The notes: generated by a model from the sequence alone, not told the origin. A DNA stretch of 64,000 nt from Magnetococcales bacterium (GCA_015233935.1 JADFXB010000003.1:10307-74306), one strand, 5' to 3'. Counted from the first letter of the stretch, positions 30,717 to 41,031 are shown. Numbers and translations: made by a program.

Positions 30717-31769
30717 ATGAAAGACTGGCGCACCATTGTGATTCCACCAGATGCTTCCATCCTGCAAGCCATGGAAATCATGGACCGGGGTTCCATGCGA
30801 TTTGGTCTGGTCGCCAATAGTGATCTCAAACTGTTGGGTGTGGTAACCGATGGGGATATTCGCCGGGGTTTGCTCCACCGGCTTGGTTTGGAACAATCCG
30901 TAGTCCAAGTGATGAACCCCACCCCGCAAATTGCCAAACTGAACGACTCCAGGGAACATATTCTCTCCCTTATGCGGGGATTCGATCTGTTTCATATTCC
31001 GGTGGTGGACGATGACAATCGGATCATCCGACTGGAAACCCTGCAAGATCTATTACGCCCGGATCGCAAAAAAAACTGGGTGGTGCTGATGGCAGGAGGC
31101 TTGGGCAGTCGTTTGGGAGAATTGACCAGAGATTGTCCTAAACCTTTGTTGCGCATAGGTGGACAACCCATTCTGGAAATCATCCTGGAAAGTTTCATCT
31201 CCTTTGGATTTGAACGTTTCTATATTTCCGTCAACTACAAAAAGCAGATGATTCGGGACTACTTTGGCAATGGTTCCCGCTGGGGTGTGACCATTCGCTA
31301 TTTGGAAGAGGAGGAGCGGTTGGGAACAGCCGGTGCCCTCTCCCTGATCAAGGAAATTCCAGAGGAACCCCTATTTGTCATGAACGGCGACTTGCTCACC
31401 CGGGTGGATATGACCCGCATCCTGACCTTTCATCAGGAGAGCCAGGCCAAGGCCACCTTGTGCGTGCGCAAGGTGGAGGAAACCCTGCCCTTCGGGGTGG
31501 TGGAGAGCGAACACAACCGTTTGCTGGCCATTCGGGAAAAACCCACCCGCAGCTATTTTGTCAATGCAGGCATCTATATTTTGGAACCGGAAGTGCTCCG
31601 CTTGCTGCCAGCCCATCAACCGTTGGACATGCCCGATTTATTGCAACGGGTATTGGACCACCAGATGCCAGCCGCCACCTATCCATTCCTGGAATACTGG
31701 TTGGATATTGGCCGTATGGGTGATTTTCACCAGGCATGTCAGGATGTGACGGAGTTTTCACCATCATGA
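30717..31769 (+). CDS. CBS-domain nucleotidyltransferase (PtmE/LegX-like, legionaminic acid pathway)
   Basis: CBS pair (TDGDIRR), MAGGLGSRL..PKPLL, LGTAGAL and WLDIG. Confidence 0.88.
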   Translation: MKDWRTIVIPPDASILQAMEIMDRGSMRFGLVANSDLKLLGVVTDGDIRRGLLHRLGLEQSVVQVMNPTPQIAKLNDSREHILSLMRGFDLFHIPVVDDDNRIIRLETLQDLLRPDRKKNWVVLMAGGLGSRLGELTRDCPKPLLRIGGQPILEIILESFISFGFERFYISVNYKKQMIRDYFGNGSRWGVTIRYLEEEERLGTAGALSLIKEIPEEPLFVMNGDLLTRVDMTRILTFHQESQAKATLCVRKVEETLPFGVVESEHNRLLAIREKPTRSYFVNAGIYILEPEVLRLLPAHQPLDMPDLLQRVLDHQMPAATYPFLEYWLDIGRMGDFHQACQDVTEFSPS

Positions 31770-32470
31770 ACACCTCCGAACGGGTTCTGGCCATCATTCC
31801 CGCCCGTGGAGGTTCCAAAGGCCTTCCCGGCAAAAACATCCGGCCCTTGCAGGGAAAGCCCCTGCTGGCATGGACGGTGGAAGCTGCCAGGGCCTGTCCG
31901 TTGCTTGATCGGGTGATTCTCTCCTCCGACGATGAAACCATCATGGCCACTGCCAGAGAGTGGGGTTGCGAAGTCCCCTTTATTCGCCCCCCCCATTTAG
32001 CGGATGATAAAGCCTCCATGATGGATGTGATCTGGCATGCCTGGCAGGCATTGGGCAAACGCCATGCCTGGCTGGTCTTGTTGCAGCCCACCTCCCCTTT
32101 GCGATGGGCCGCAGATATTACCGCCTGTTTGGAGATATGTTTGCGGGGAAGTGCACCGGCTGCCGTCTCCATGACAGCGACCAGCAAGCCACCCCACTGG
32201 CTGGTCACATTGGATGAGGCGGGCCACCCTTACCCCCTGTTACCAGGCGATGGTCTGCAACGACAGAGGCAGGAGTTGCTGACCACCTATCTGCCCAATG
32301 GGGCGGTTTATGTGGCCAACACCTATTGGCTGGCCCAGACCCAAACCTTTATCACACGGGAAACCAAGGTTCACATCATGCCCGCTGAACGGTCGGTGGA
32401 TATCGATTCGGAATTGGATTTTCGTCTGTGCCAACTTCTCCTGGAGAGAGGCCAACATGAACATTTATAA
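31766..32470 (+). CDS. Acylneuraminate (CMP-nonulosonate) cytidylyltransferase
   Basis: IIPARGGSKGLPGKN, LLQPTSPLR and SVDID; ATGA overlap with the upstream gene. Confidence 0.92.
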   Translation: MNTSERVLAIIPARGGSKGLPGKNIRPLQGKPLLAWTVEAARACPLLDRVILSSDDETIMATAREWGCEVPFIRPPHLADDKASMMDVIWHAWQALGKRHAWLVLLQPTSPLRWAADITACLEICLRGSAPAAVSMTATSKPPHWLVTLDEAGHPYPLLPGDGLQRQRQELLTTYLPNGAVYVANTYWLAQTQTFITRETKVHIMPAERSVDIDSELDFRLCQLLLERGQHEHL

Positions 32471-33797
32471 AAAACCCATCGCCATCACCACTGGTTATGA
32501 TATGGCGGATAGCCCCTCCCTGGAAGCCTTTTATGGACTGCCCCCACAGGTGCAATTTTGCCGTCGTTGTGTGATTTCCAACCAGCGACCCAATTCATCG
32601 CCGGAGTTTCACCATACCCGCACCTCCCGCAAGACCACCATCCACCTGGATGAAGAGGGTATTTGCGACGCCTGCCGCCACGCCGAGCAAAAGGCCATGA
32701 CCAACTGGCAGGCCAGGGAAGAGGAACTCCAGGAACTTTGCAACCGCTATCGTCGCCATGATGGACGCTACGATTGCCTGGTGCCCGGTTCCGGCGGCAA
32801 GGATAGTTTTTATGCTGCCCATATTTTAAAATATAAATACAACATGCACCCCCTCACCGTAACCTGGGCACCCCATATCTATACCGAATGGGGCTGGCAA
32901 AATTTTCAGGCCTGGATCCATGCCGGTTTCGATAATTTATTGATGACACCCAACGGTCGCGTCCACCGCCTGCTCACCCGTCTGGCATTGGAAACCCTGT
33001 TTCATCCCTTCCAGCCTTTCATTTTGGGACAAAAAAATATTGCCCCCAAAATGGCCCTCATGCACGGCATCCCACTGGTCTTTTATGGGGAAAACGAGGC
33101 TGAATATGGCAATCCCCGTAATGATGCCGCCAAACCAACCAGGGATCTTTCCTATTTTGCTGAAGGGGACTTGGCCAATATTCATCTTTCCGGGGTCTCC
33201 TGTGCCGATCTGGAAAGCTATTTTGGCATTGACCGTCATGAGATCCAGCCCTATCTGCCTGCCGATCCTGAAGCCCTGAACAAAGCCGGGGTGGAGGTGC
33301 ACTATCTGGGTTACTATCTGCCCTGGCATCCCCAGGGGGCCTTCTATTATTCGGTGGAGCATGGGGGTTTCCGCCCATCACCGGAAAGAACACCCGGAAC
33401 CTACAGCAAATACAACAGCATTGATGATCGGGTGGACGATCTCCACTATTTCACCACCCACATTAAATTTGGTATTGGACGTGCCACCTATGATGCCTCC
33501 CAGGAGGTGCGCAGCGGTGAAATCACCCGGGAGGAAGGTGTAGCTTTAGTGCGAAAATACGATGGAGAGTTCCCAGAACGCTTTATCCAACAGTTGTTGG
33601 ACTATTTGAGCCTGCCTGCCAAAGAGTTTCCCACTGCCGGTAGCATGTTTGAGCAACCCATTTTGGATCGGGACTATTTTCTTGCCCTGGCCGATCAATT
33701 TCGCTCGCCCCACTTATGGCGTCGCCATGGCGGGCGTTGGCAGTTGCGTCATACCGTTTTCGGGGAAGAAGATGCCAAGGCCCAGAGGATTGCATGA
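32457..33797 (+). CDS. N-acetyl sugar amidotransferase (WbpG/PseA/PtmG family)
   Basis: CRRC, CDAC, PP-loop SGGKDS, YGEN and KFGIGRA. Confidence 0.9.
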   Translation: MNIYKKPIAITTGYDMADSPSLEAFYGLPPQVQFCRRCVISNQRPNSSPEFHHTRTSRKTTIHLDEEGICDACRHAEQKAMTNWQAREEELQELCNRYRRHDGRYDCLVPGSGGKDSFYAAHILKYKYNMHPLTVTWAPHIYTEWGWQNFQAWIHAGFDNLLMTPNGRVHRLLTRLALETLFHPFQPFILGQKNIAPKMALMHGIPLVFYGENEAEYGNPRNDAAKPTRDLSYFAEGDLANIHLSGVSCADLESYFGIDRHEIQPYLPADPEALNKAGVEVHYLGYYLPWHPQGAFYYSVEHGGFRPSPERTPGTYSKYNSIDDRVDDLHYFTTHIKFGIGRATYDASQEVRSGEITREEGVALVRKYDGEFPERFIQQLLDYLSLPAKEFPTAGSMFEQPILDRDYFLALADQFRSPHLWRRHGGRWQLRHTVFGEEDAKAQRIA

Positions 33798-34579
33798 AGC
33801 CGCAAAAACAGATGCCTGCGGCCCGCCTGGTAGCCCGTCTGGATATAAAAGCTCCCAATCTGGTGAAAGGGGTGCAACTGGAAGGGTTACGCAAACTGGG
33901 AGACCCCCACGCCTTTGCCTTGCATTATTATCAACAGGGGGTGGATGAACTCCTGTACATGGATATTGTGGCCAGCCTTTACGAGAGAAATTCTCTGTTG
34001 GATTTGGTGGAACGCACCACCGCCAACGTCTTTGTTCCCTTAACGGTGGGGGGTGGCTTGCGCAGCGTGGCCGATGTGGGGAAGGCTCTCCGAGCAGGGG
34101 CGGACAAGGTGGCCATCAATACAGCGGCCATTAAACGTCCCCAACTCATCAGTGAAGTGGCCAATGCTTATGGTCGTCAGTGTATGGTCCTTTCCATCGA
34201 GGCCAAACGCCGTCCCAACGGCCAATGGGAAGCCTATTTTGATAATGGACGAGAGCATACCGGTCTGAATGCAGTGGATTGGGCCAAAAAAGGGTGTGAG
34301 CTGGGGGCAGGTGAAATTCTTTTGACTTCCGTGGATCGGGAGGGAACCGCCAGCGGGGTGGACCATGAACTCATCCAGGCCATTGCCAGCCAGATTCCCA
34401 TTCCAATCATCGCAAGTGGTGGTGTAGGTCAGTTTTCCCATATACAACAGGCTCTTGACTCTGGTGCCCAGGCGGTTGCCATGGCCCATGTGCTCCATTA
34501 TAAATTATGCGATTTACCCACCCTCCGTCAGCAAGGCAGCCAAGCCGGCATCCATTTACGTTCTCTTCCCCGTCTGTAA
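33794..34579 (+). CDS. hisF2: HisF2-type cyclase-like subunit (sugar amidination)
   Basis: RLDIK..LVKG, DIVASLY, GADKVAINT and LLTSVDREGT; the context is glycan modification. Confidence 0.88.
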   Translation: MKPQKQMPAARLVARLDIKAPNLVKGVQLEGLRKLGDPHAFALHYYQQGVDELLYMDIVASLYERNSLLDLVERTTANVFVPLTVGGGLRSVADVGKALRAGADKVAINTAAIKRPQLISEVANAYGRQCMVLSIEAKRRPNGQWEAYFDNGREHTGLNAVDWAKKGCELGAGEILLTSVDREGTASGVDHELIQAIASQIPIPIIASGGVGQFSHIQQALDSGAQAVAMAHVLHYKLCDLPTLRQQGSQAGIHLRSLPRL

Positions 34580-34683
34580 ATATCCCCTGGAAAATGTAGA
34601 AAAAATGTGAAAAACTATTCCATATTTTGGCGAAGGTAACATTATTTTTAACACATTAATCTCTGTATAACTAATGGAGAATC

Positions 34684-37600
34684 ATGAATACCCTCTCGCC
34701 CCAGCTCTTGAGATGGCTGTTTACCGCCTTATTTGTGGCCGTTGCAATGGGTATTTTGGTAACAAGTCACCTGTTTTTACAGGTAAAAAAGAAGGATATG
34801 ATCGAAAATTTGGTGGAGGTGCATGGCTTTCACCTGGTAATTGCAGAGCTTGCCCTGAAAAAGGACTGGCATCACATTCTCACCGATCTTTCCCTGCTTT
34901 CCAACACCCCGGAACTTGCCAAAGCTTTTGATGAAATGTCGGCGGAAGAGACTGCCAGCAGCCATCGTGGGATTGAGGCCATTTTTGATCGTTTTCTCAA
35001 CGCCAACAAAATATACCACAAGGTTCGGCTGATTGATCTCAATGGTCGTGAGACCATCAAGGCCCATTATGACCGTATTTGGGATACCATTCAGGAAAAA
35101 AACATCTACCTGGCTAGTCCCCCATATAAACCGCATGGACGTTCTCCAGATCTTTTGCAAGACAAAAGCAAAAAAGTTTATTTCAATGAAACCAGAAAAT
35201 TACCAAAAGGTGGGGTTTATGTTTCTCCCTTTGATCTTAATACCGAGTTTGACCAAATCATTGCGGACCTTCCCACCATCCGCTTCAGCACCCCTATTTA
35301 TAATGAAAATGATTTATTAAAGGGCATACTGGTTTTAAGCTACAACGGCATTCATCTGCTCAATAATTTTAAAAGTGTTCTGCCCATAGGGGTGGATGCG
35401 GCTCTTCTCAATGCAGAAGGCTACTGGTTTCACCGTATTGATAATCAGCATTTATTTGGTTTTGCAACCGGGGATGCTTACAGCTTTGGCCATGAATTTC
35501 CAGAGGTTTGGACTGCCATCCACCATACCACCTCCGGGGTGGTGGAAAACCAGCAGGGCATCTTTTTGCATCAGGAATTTCGTCCTTTTCGCGAAGGAAC
35601 CCCTGACCTGTCGGATCGTTTGCAAAATCTTTCCCAGGGTCGATTGCTCAATGATTTGAATAATTATGTATGGAAGATTGTCATTCGAATCAGACCGGAT
35701 GAACTTGATGGAAAGCTTGATCCTATCCGCCAGGTTACCTGGACGGTGGCGGCGGCTGGTACTGGTTTGTTATTCCTGCTTTGTTTTGTCTTTTATCTTT
35801 GGTTCCATCGCAAAATACAGGAGCGGGAAGAGAAAAAGAGCGAGCTTATCGCCCAAAATATTTTTCACGAGTTGCAGGTTCTGGTTTACCAAAATCAGGA
35901 TTTGCAGAGCAAGCTGGATTTGTTCCTTCACAAACTCTTCTCTCTACCCTGGTTAAATGCTACCTGTCGTGGGGCGATCTTCCTCTCCGGTGAGGATCAT
36001 CGTCCCCAGTTGGCGGCCAGCTATCCTCTTGGTCAGGTCTTCGCGCTTCAATGTGGCGGAAATGAAGCCAACTGCCACTGCCGACAGGTATTTTACAACA
36101 AAGAAGAGCCATCGCCCCATAACGGTTGTATGACCTTTCCTGCCTGGAAACAGGACAAGTTGGAAGCAGTCTTGGGCATATTTCAGGATCGTTCGGAATC
36201 GGAATCCCATTTTCATGCAGTCTTCGATGACAGACTACGCTCCTTTCTGCAAAATGCCGCCCAACTGTTGACTGATCTGGTGGGAAGACATCGGGATTTG
36301 GAAGAGTTTGCCAAGTTGCATCGGGCGGTGGATCAAAGCCCAGCGTCGGTGGTGATCACCGATTTGCGGGGGAAAATTGAATATGTAAATGAAAGATTTA
36401 CCAAAGTTTCTGGGTATACCGCATCGGAGGCCATTGGTCAGACACCTGGAATACTCAAGTCGGGGGAGATGTCCCCATCCATCTATCAGGAGCTATGGCA
36501 AACAATTCTGGCCGGGCAGGAGTGGCAAGGAGAATTGTGCAATCGGCACAAGGATGGCAGCCTCTATTGGGAGTGGGCTTTGATTACCCCCATTCGCAAT
36601 CCTCAAGGGCAGATGAGTAATTTTCTGGCCATCAAGGAGGATATTACCGACAAAAAGCGGGCCACTGAGGAGCGACTTTTTCTGGAAAAACAGTTGCGAC
36701 AGGCTCAGAAAATGGAAGCCATTGGTCACTTAACCGGCGGCATTGCCCATGATTTCAACAATATTCTGGCAGCCATCAAGGGTTTTACCGAACTTTCCCT
36801 TTTGCGTTTTGCCACCGATGAGCAGAGTAAACTCAATGCATATCTGAAAAATATTTTGACTGCATCTGACCGGGCGCGGGATTTAATTGCCCAAATGCTG
36901 GTTTTCTCCCGCAGTAAGGAGACGGAAACCCGGCGTGTTTTGGTGGAGCCGTTGGTCAAAGAAGTAGTCAAGCTCATGCGGGCCACTCTGCCTGCCAGCA
37001 TATCCATCACCACCAATTTTTCCCGTGATTCCTTGGAAGTCTCTGCCGATCCAGTGCAAATGCATCAGATATTGATGAATTTGTTTGTCAACGCAAGAGA
37101 TGCCATGGCAGGCAAGGGCAGGTTGGATGTGGAGGTATTTATGGAGAAAGGGGAGAAAAATCTCCTGTGCACCTCCTGTCACAGCCTGTTCTCCATCAAG
37201 GATAAGATTGTCTTGATGGTGCGGGATGATGGTCCTGGAATTCCTACGGAGATTCAAAGCAAAATTTTTGAACCTTTTTTCACCACCAAGGAGGTGGGAC
37301 AGGGAACTGGGATGGGACTTTCCATGGTTCATGGCATTGTCCATTCGTTTCAAGGCCATATCGTTCTGGAAAGTTCGGAGCAGGGGACCACCTTTTTTCT
37401 TTATTTCAACCGATTGCAGGAGAAGCCTTCCCAACCTGCTCCTGTTTCCCCTCTCCCGCGCATTTACAGCGAACAAAAGGGTCATGTACTTGTGGTGGAT
37501 GATGAAGTGGCCATTCTCGGCTTTTTGCGGGAACATTTGGCGGGGGAGGGTTTCAAAGTAACTGCGTGCAACACCAGTTTAGAAGCCCTGGTCACCTTTG

Positions 37601-37845
37601 AGTCCAATCCACAAAAATTTAATCTGGTCATCACCGATCAAACCATGCCGGAAATGACTGGTTTGGAATTGGTGCAACGTCTGTTGACCATTCAACCCAA
37701 GTTGCCCATCATCCTTTGTACGGGCTACAGCCGGGAGGTCAATGAGGTCACGGCCAGGGGTTATGGCATCCACACCTTTTTGAAAAAACCGGTTGAACTG
37801 GCTAAGCTCAATGAGGCGTTACGAGAGATCCTGGGAGATAGGTAA
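34684..37845 (+). CDS. Hybrid sensor histidine kinase (periplasmic Cache-like, GAF-like, PAS, HisKA, HATPase, REC)
   Basis: Two TMs flanking a periplasmic domain (YVSPFDLN..PTIRFSTP), PAS, GGIAHDFNN, GTGMGL and REC (ITDQTMP). Confidence 0.9.
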   Translation: MNTLSPQLLRWLFTALFVAVAMGILVTSHLFLQVKKKDMIENLVEVHGFHLVIAELALKKDWHHILTDLSLLSNTPELAKAFDEMSAEETASSHRGIEAIFDRFLNANKIYHKVRLIDLNGRETIKAHYDRIWDTIQEKNIYLASPPYKPHGRSPDLLQDKSKKVYFNETRKLPKGGVYVSPFDLNTEFDQIIADLPTIRFSTPIYNENDLLKGILVLSYNGIHLLNNFKSVLPIGVDAALLNAEGYWFHRIDNQHLFGFATGDAYSFGHEFPEVWTAIHHTTSGVVENQQGIFLHQEFRPFREGTPDLSDRLQNLSQGRLLNDLNNYVWKIVIRIRPDELDGKLDPIRQVTWTVAAAGTGLLFLLCFVFYLWFHRKIQEREEKKSELIAQNIFHELQVLVYQNQDLQSKLDLFLHKLFSLPWLNATCRGAIFLSGEDHRPQLAASYPLGQVFALQCGGNEANCHCRQVFYNKEEPSPHNGCMTFPAWKQDKLEAVLGIFQDRSESESHFHAVFDDRLRSFLQNAAQLLTDLVGRHRDLEEFAKLHRAVDQSPASVVITDLRGKIEYVNERFTKVSGYTASEAIGQTPGILKSGEMSPSIYQELWQTILAGQEWQGELCNRHKDGSLYWEWALITPIRNPQGQMSNFLAIKEDITDKKRATEERLFLEKQLRQAQKMEAIGHLTGGIAHDFNNILAAIKGFTELSLLRFATDEQSKLNAYLKNILTASDRARDLIAQMLVFSRSKETETRRVLVEPLVKEVVKLMRATLPASISITTNFSRDSLEVSADPVQMHQILMNLFVNARDAMAGKGRLDVEVFMEKGEKNLLCTSCHSLFSIKDKIVLMVRDDGPGIPTEIQSKIFEPFFTTKEVGQGTGMGLSMVHGIVHSFQGHIVLESSEQGTTFFLYFNRLQEKPSQPAPVSPLPRIYSEQKGHVLVVDDEVAILGFLREHLAGEGFKVTACNTSLEALVTFESNPQKFNLVITDQTMPEMTGLELVQRLLTIQPKLPIILCTGYSREVNEVTARGYGIHTFLKKPVELAKLNEALREILGDR

Positions 37846-37848
37846 CAG

Positions 37849-38490
37849 ATGAAGCGGGTCACCGTGGTGGATTATGGCCTGGGCAATTTGTTAAGTGTGC
37901 GCCGTGCCTTTGAACAATGTGGTGCGGAGGTTACCATCAGCCATTCGCCGGTGACGGTGGAGGCGGCGGATCGTTTGGTGGTTCCTGGTGTGGGGGCGTT
38001 TGGCAAGGGGATGTGGGGTTTGCGTCAGAATGGACTGGATTTGGCCATCCAGCAGCATGTGGCCAGTGGGCGGCCTTTATTGGGTATTTGTTTGGGCATG
38101 CAGTTATTGTTGGATGAAAGCGACGAATTTGGTGTTCATGCTGGATTGGGACTTATCCCTGGTAGGGTTATTGCCATTCCTGCTCAGGGAGCTGACGGTT
38201 CTTCCCACCCTATTCCTCACATGGGATGGAACGCCCTTTATTCTCCTCCTGGTTCTCCCAGTTGGCAGGGAACCCTGCTCAATGGTATTGCCCAGGGGGA
38301 GTATTGCTATTTTGTTCATTCTTTCATGGCCAACCCAAACCATTCCTCTCACAGATTGGCCGACTGCCAATATAACGGGATCGCCATCAGTGCGGTGATT
38401 GCCAAAGAGAACATTCTGGGCTGCCAGTTCCACCCAGAGAAAAGTGGTACCGTTGGCCTCGCCATTCTCAACACATTTTTGTCCATGTAA
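37849..38490 (+). CDS. hisH2: HisH2-type glutamine amidotransferase
   Basis: DYGLGN, PGVGAF, GICLGMQ, FVHS and QFHPEKS. Confidence 0.92.
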   Translation: MKRVTVVDYGLGNLLSVRRAFEQCGAEVTISHSPVTVEAADRLVVPGVGAFGKGMWGLRQNGLDLAIQQHVASGRPLLGICLGMQLLLDESDEFGVHAGLGLIPGRVIAIPAQGADGSSHPIPHMGWNALYSPPGSPSWQGTLLNGIAQGEYCYFVHSFMANPNHSSHRLADCQYNGIAISAVIAKENILGCQFHPEKSGTVGLAILNTFLSM

Positions 38491-38609
38491 GAAAACCCGC
38501 CAACAAAAAAATGTGCCATTTTTTCGATATTTCTGCTACACTTGCGGAGATGACCTATTCGGTTCAATAAACTTTTCGTTGCAAAACAAGATCATGGGAG
38601 ACAATTTCC

Positions 38610-39701
38610 GTGGACAGCATCCTGATGCCCCTTTTTCGTCCTTACAAGTTTGGCAAATTGAAAGTTCGCAATCGTTTTGCCCTGGCTCCCATGACCCGCA
38701 GTCGCTCACCCAAAGGCATCCCCGGCAAAGATGTGGCCAATTACTACCGCCGCTACGCAGAAAACGAAGTAGGACTGATCATCACCGAAGGCGTGGCCAT
38801 CAACCACAAAGCCGCCCTCGGCTACCCAGACGTACCTAACCTGCACGACAAAAAAGCCATCAAAGGATGGAAACGCGTCGTGGATGGCGTACATAAAGCC
38901 GGTGGAGCCATCGTGCCACAAATTTGGCACGTAGGTAACCACCACCGCCTGGGAGACGAACCCATTCCCAACGTCCCCGGCTACGGTCCCTCCTCCCTGG
39001 TGGAAAATGACCAGGTGGTGGTCAAGGAAATGTCCCGCAAAGATATCCAAGAGGTGGTGAAAGCCTTCGCTGACGCCGCACGCCAAGCCAAGAAAATCGG
39101 CTTCGATGGTGTGGAAATCCACGGTGCCCACGGCTACTTGATCGACCAGTTTTTCTGGCCCCGCACCAACCGACGGGCAGACCGCTATGGCGGCTCCATG
39201 GAAAATCGCCTGCGCTTTGCCGTGGAAATCATCCGCGCCGTCCGCCGGGCAGTAGGCCCCAAATTTCCCGTCATCTTCCGTTTTTCCCAATGGAAACCAT
39301 TGGATTATCAGACCAAACTAGCCAACAATCCGGAGGAATTAAGCCAATTCCTCACCCCCCTGTCCCGTGCCGGAGTCGATATCTTCCACGCCAGCTCCCG
39401 CCGCTATTTTGAACCCGAATTTGAAGAATCTAACCTCAACCTGGCGGGCTGGACCAAGCAAATCACCGGCAAACCAGTGATTACCGTCGGCAGCATTGGT
39501 CTGGACTCGGTCAGTTGGCGTGCTGCTAATCCCGCCGGCATCGAAGCCCTGGCCCGCATGCTCTTAAGAGACGAATTCGACCTGGCCGCCGTAGGACGTG
39601 CCCTGCTGGCCGACAGCCAATGGGTGAAGAAAATCCGGGAGGACCGCTTCGAAGAGATCAAACCCTTTACCAAGGATGCGTTCAACTCCCTGGAAAATTG
39701 A
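38610..39701 (+). CDS. NADH:flavin oxidoreductase (Old Yellow Enzyme family)
   Basis: LAPMTR, QIWHVG, GFDGVEIHGAHGYLIDQF and VGRALL. Confidence 0.92.
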   Translation: MDSILMPLFRPYKFGKLKVRNRFALAPMTRSRSPKGIPGKDVANYYRRYAENEVGLIITEGVAINHKAALGYPDVPNLHDKKAIKGWKRVVDGVHKAGGAIVPQIWHVGNHHRLGDEPIPNVPGYGPSSLVENDQVVVKEMSRKDIQEVVKAFADAARQAKKIGFDGVEIHGAHGYLIDQFFWPRTNRRADRYGGSMENRLRFAVEIIRAVRRAVGPKFPVIFRFSQWKPLDYQTKLANNPEELSQFLTPLSRAGVDIFHASSRRYFEPEFEESNLNLAGWTKQITGKPVITVGSIGLDSVSWRAANPAGIEALARMLLRDEFDLAAVGRALLADSQWVKKIREDRFEEIKPFTKDAFNSLEN

Positions 39702-39725
39702 CTTGGCAATCGGAAACGATCAGTA

Positions 39726-39761
39726 ACAAAATCCCACACTCATCCATGCGTGGGATTTTGT
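39726..39761. terminator. Hairpin between the OYE and FkbM genes
   Basis: ACAAAATCCCAC...GTGGGATTTTGT. Confidence 0.55.
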
Positions 39762-39783
39762 CGTACCATTAAAGGAAAAGAGA

Positions 39784-40605
39784 ATGGCTGTTCAGAAAAT
39801 TGCACACATCCATATCCAAGACGGCGGTGTTGATTTTTTCATGGACCTTGACCCCGCCTCCAGATTTGACAACACCATCATCTCCCACCTGGCGGCTGGT
39901 TCTTTTTATGAGCCAGACGTGATCTCCCTCATCATGAGAACCATTACCCCAGGAGATGTGGTCATTGACGTGGGTGCCAATGTTGGCTACTTCTCCTGTC
40001 TGCTGGCACTCCTTGTGGGAAAAAGCGGAAAAGTCGTGGCCTTTGAGCCAGACAGCAACAATCTTTCCGGCTTAACGCGAAATCTGGCCGCCAACCAACT
40101 TGATAATATCCTAATAATTAACAAACCTGCGTCAAACAAAAAAGGATTTATGAGATTCTTTAATAATGAAGACAGCGGAGGCCATGCACTATGGGATGCT
40201 GCTGGGAAAGGAAACTTTGTGGAAATGGAAACCACGACTCTGGATGAAGAATTCAGGAAGACCAATCTTGCACCACCCAAATTGATCAAAATTGACACAG
40301 AAGGGGCGGACCACCTAGTGCTTGAAGGAGCCAGGGAACTCCTGAAAGATCATAAAGTACCCTATATCGTTGCTGAAGTATTGCCACAAGGACTGGCCAA
40401 ATTTGGTTCCTCCCAAATGCAGATGAGACGCTACATGAAAGATTTTGGCTACGATACCTTTGCTATCTACTGGAGAGGACACCTGCCAAAACTGATTCCA
40501 GCCGATACCGTCATTGAACACGAATATGTCATGAACATCCTCTTCAGCACACCAGAAGATGTTGGACGCGCATGGCCAACCGAAAGCTACACAGTCGCCT
40601 TGTAA
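39784..40605 (+). CDS. FkbM family methyltransferase
   Basis: DVGANVG, AFEP and KIDTEG motifs. Confidence 0.9.
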   Translation: MAVQKIAHIHIQDGGVDFFMDLDPASRFDNTIISHLAAGSFYEPDVISLIMRTITPGDVVIDVGANVGYFSCLLALLVGKSGKVVAFEPDSNNLSGLTRNLAANQLDNILIINKPASNKKGFMRFFNNEDSGGHALWDAAGKGNFVEMETTTLDEEFRKTNLAPPKLIKIDTEGADHLVLEGARELLKDHKVPYIVAEVLPQGLAKFGSSQMQMRRYMKDFGYDTFAIYWRGHLPKLIPADTVIEHEYVMNILFSTPEDVGRAWPTESYTVAL

Positions 40606-40654
40606 CCCCCCCACAGGAGAATAACGGTCAGACGGGAAAGTTCAACCATCGGAG

Positions 40655-40966
40655 TCAATGGGGAAAAAAGGCTTTCAAAATCAGAGCCACAATGCCACCG
40701 ACCGCAACGGCCATCCCCCAACGCAAGGTGGCCAGTTCGCCATGGACTTTTGCCAGTTCAGTGTTCATGCGAAGCTCTGCCTCTTTGATATCCCGTTTGA
40801 CCTCCTGGATATCTCCCCTGGTTGCAACGCTCTCCAGATTGTTCTTCTGCACTTCCTGAATAGCGGTTGCCATCCCTTTTGCCTGGGACTCATCAAAACC
40901 AGACGCCTTGAGCGTTTCGACAAATTTAAGGGTATCAAAGGTAATGGCCGTTATTCCGTCCTCCAT
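40655..40966 (-). CDS. DUF1640/CCDC90 family coiled-coil membrane-anchored protein
   Basis: FDTLKFVETLKASGFDESQA, ATRGDI neck and a C-terminal TM. Confidence 0.8.
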   Translation of the reverse strand: MEDGITAITFDTLKFVETLKASGFDESQAKGMATAIQEVQKNNLESVATRGDIQEVKRDIKEAELRMNTELAKVHGELATLRWGMAVAVGGIVALILKAFFPH

Positions 40967-41031
40967 GGATTATCAGGGTGTTGACAGATTACCACACCGT
41001 CCACCCTGAAGTGGAGAAAAATTTATAATCC

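Noticed and set aside
33794-38490. hisF/hisH as histidine biosynthesis genes
   Set aside because: The context and the DIVASLY motif indicate the glycan-amidination paralogs.
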